Assembly (NCBI GenBank): GCA_938085445.1
Contig: CALKGR010000002.1
Location: forward strand, 51,411 to 115,410
Length of the DNA: 64,000 nt
Source of the DNA: an uncultured Rubripirellula sp.
Lineage (GTDB): Bacteria > Planctomycetota > Planctomycetia > Pirellulales > Pirellulaceae
Direction of reading: 5' to 3'
How positions within the stretch are numbered: position 1 is the first letter of the stretch; every line of letters starts with the position of its first letter. Below the pieces are notes generated by a model. The model did not search any database. It saw only the letters and a list, made by a program, of their open reading frames with translations, and was not told where the DNA came from. Positions 63,179 to 64,000 of this stretch are shown in pieces. The position numbers were made by a program, and so were the translations under genes.

Positions 63179-63929
63179 CTGTTTCTAGACTCCCGCGTAC
63201 TAATGGCCTAATCGTGCCCAAAAATTGACAACCACGCCCCAACCTGCGACGTCACACACACCATACCTAGCAACACACCATCGGACGCTCTAACAAAGCC
63301 CTCATGTCTCACAGCTCGTAACCGATGTTCTCTCTCCGCTCGCGTCCATGCATTGTTTCGTTAACCACCTGAAAGCGCGTCTGCAAATCGGCTGTCATGG
63401 ATTAAGTGAAGAAACAATGAAATCCCCGGAACGTCTCCATCCAACCAATGGAAAGCGTTCACCCTTGGTTCGCGGTGCTAATCTTACTTTCAATTCTAGG
63501 GCAAAAAGAAGTCATATTTCCAAGTTAGCCGTAGACATCGAACCAAAAACACAGGGATGCCGCCCTCAACTTTTCACATCGCTTGCCTCGACTCCTCCCC
63601 CAGGATCCAGTGCCCCAGTTTGTTCCAAGGTAGAATGCCCCAGAGTTGTCCGTACACCCAGAATATGCAACGAGAAGCACTCTCTTGCCACCGTGTCTGC
63701 CTTATCCTTAAATCCGCGTTTTTATCCAGCACGAAAAGACCCGGTGTAATAGAAAAGGCACATCATCGTCGTACGAGAACGAATGTCATTTTAACTTCAA
63801 CGAATGAATTGTTGAACAAACGGACTAGTTGTTGCACACCCAAATCGTTACGCCACACCCCGTATGAGTGTCACGCTGAAGGGCTCGTTTCTCTGTCCAA
63901 GTAAGTCGGACGATACCGAAAGAAAAGCC

Positions 63930-63949
63930 TGGCCAAACACGTTTGGCCA
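63930..63949. promoter_or_regulatory. Inverted repeat (possible operator or hairpin)
   Basis: TGGCCAAAC-AC-GTTTGGCCA, 9-bp perfect arms. Confidence 0.3.
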
Positions 63950-64000
63950 TCAAATATTTACAGATTCCAACCGCGGGCGCATGAGGTCCACGCGTTTCAA

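Noticed and set aside
63348..63904. ORFs 63348..63749 and 63557..63904
   Set aside because: Overlapping, low-information translations with no family motifs.
1..64000. tRNA (including tRNA-Sec), rRNA, IS, integrase or prophage genes
   Set aside because: No intergenic T-loop/cloverleaf, rRNA-like tract, or transposase/integrase motif was found by manual reading. A tRNAscan-SE/Infernal run is needed to exclude them fully.

Overview
Chromosomal window of a Planctomycete, probably Pirellulaceae. This is inferred from DUF1559, a PVC-type CxxCH heme protein, DUF1080, Tat-exported Gfo/Idh/MocA enzymes and many sulfatases. Standard code 11 fits the intact genes. About 35 CDS are supportable, dominated by exported carbohydrate-modifying enzymes: seven S1 sulfatases, four alpha/beta-hydrolases, a tandem SASA esterase, two Gfo/Idh/MocA dehydrogenases, DUF1080, a gluconolactonase and an FAD lactone oxidase. 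There is also an RND/MFP pair, a XylR-like regulator, rbgA/ylqF, a truncated globin and a solo Upf1/DNA2-like helicase. I found no rRNA, tRNA, CRISPR array, transposase or integrase. The most notable signal is at the left end. The secreted protein called as 2089..3165 stops at ...PGSC-TGA, but the frame continues for 37 protein-like codons, and a SECIS-like stem-loop directly follows the TGA. This suggests an unrecognised exported selenoprotein with a vicinal Cys-Sec motif. It lies between an EF-hand thioredoxin and a large ORF missing from the ORF track (<3..1556) that encodes tandem, apparently catalytically dead retropepsin-like domains plus TPR-like helices. All calls are from manual reading; no database searches were run.
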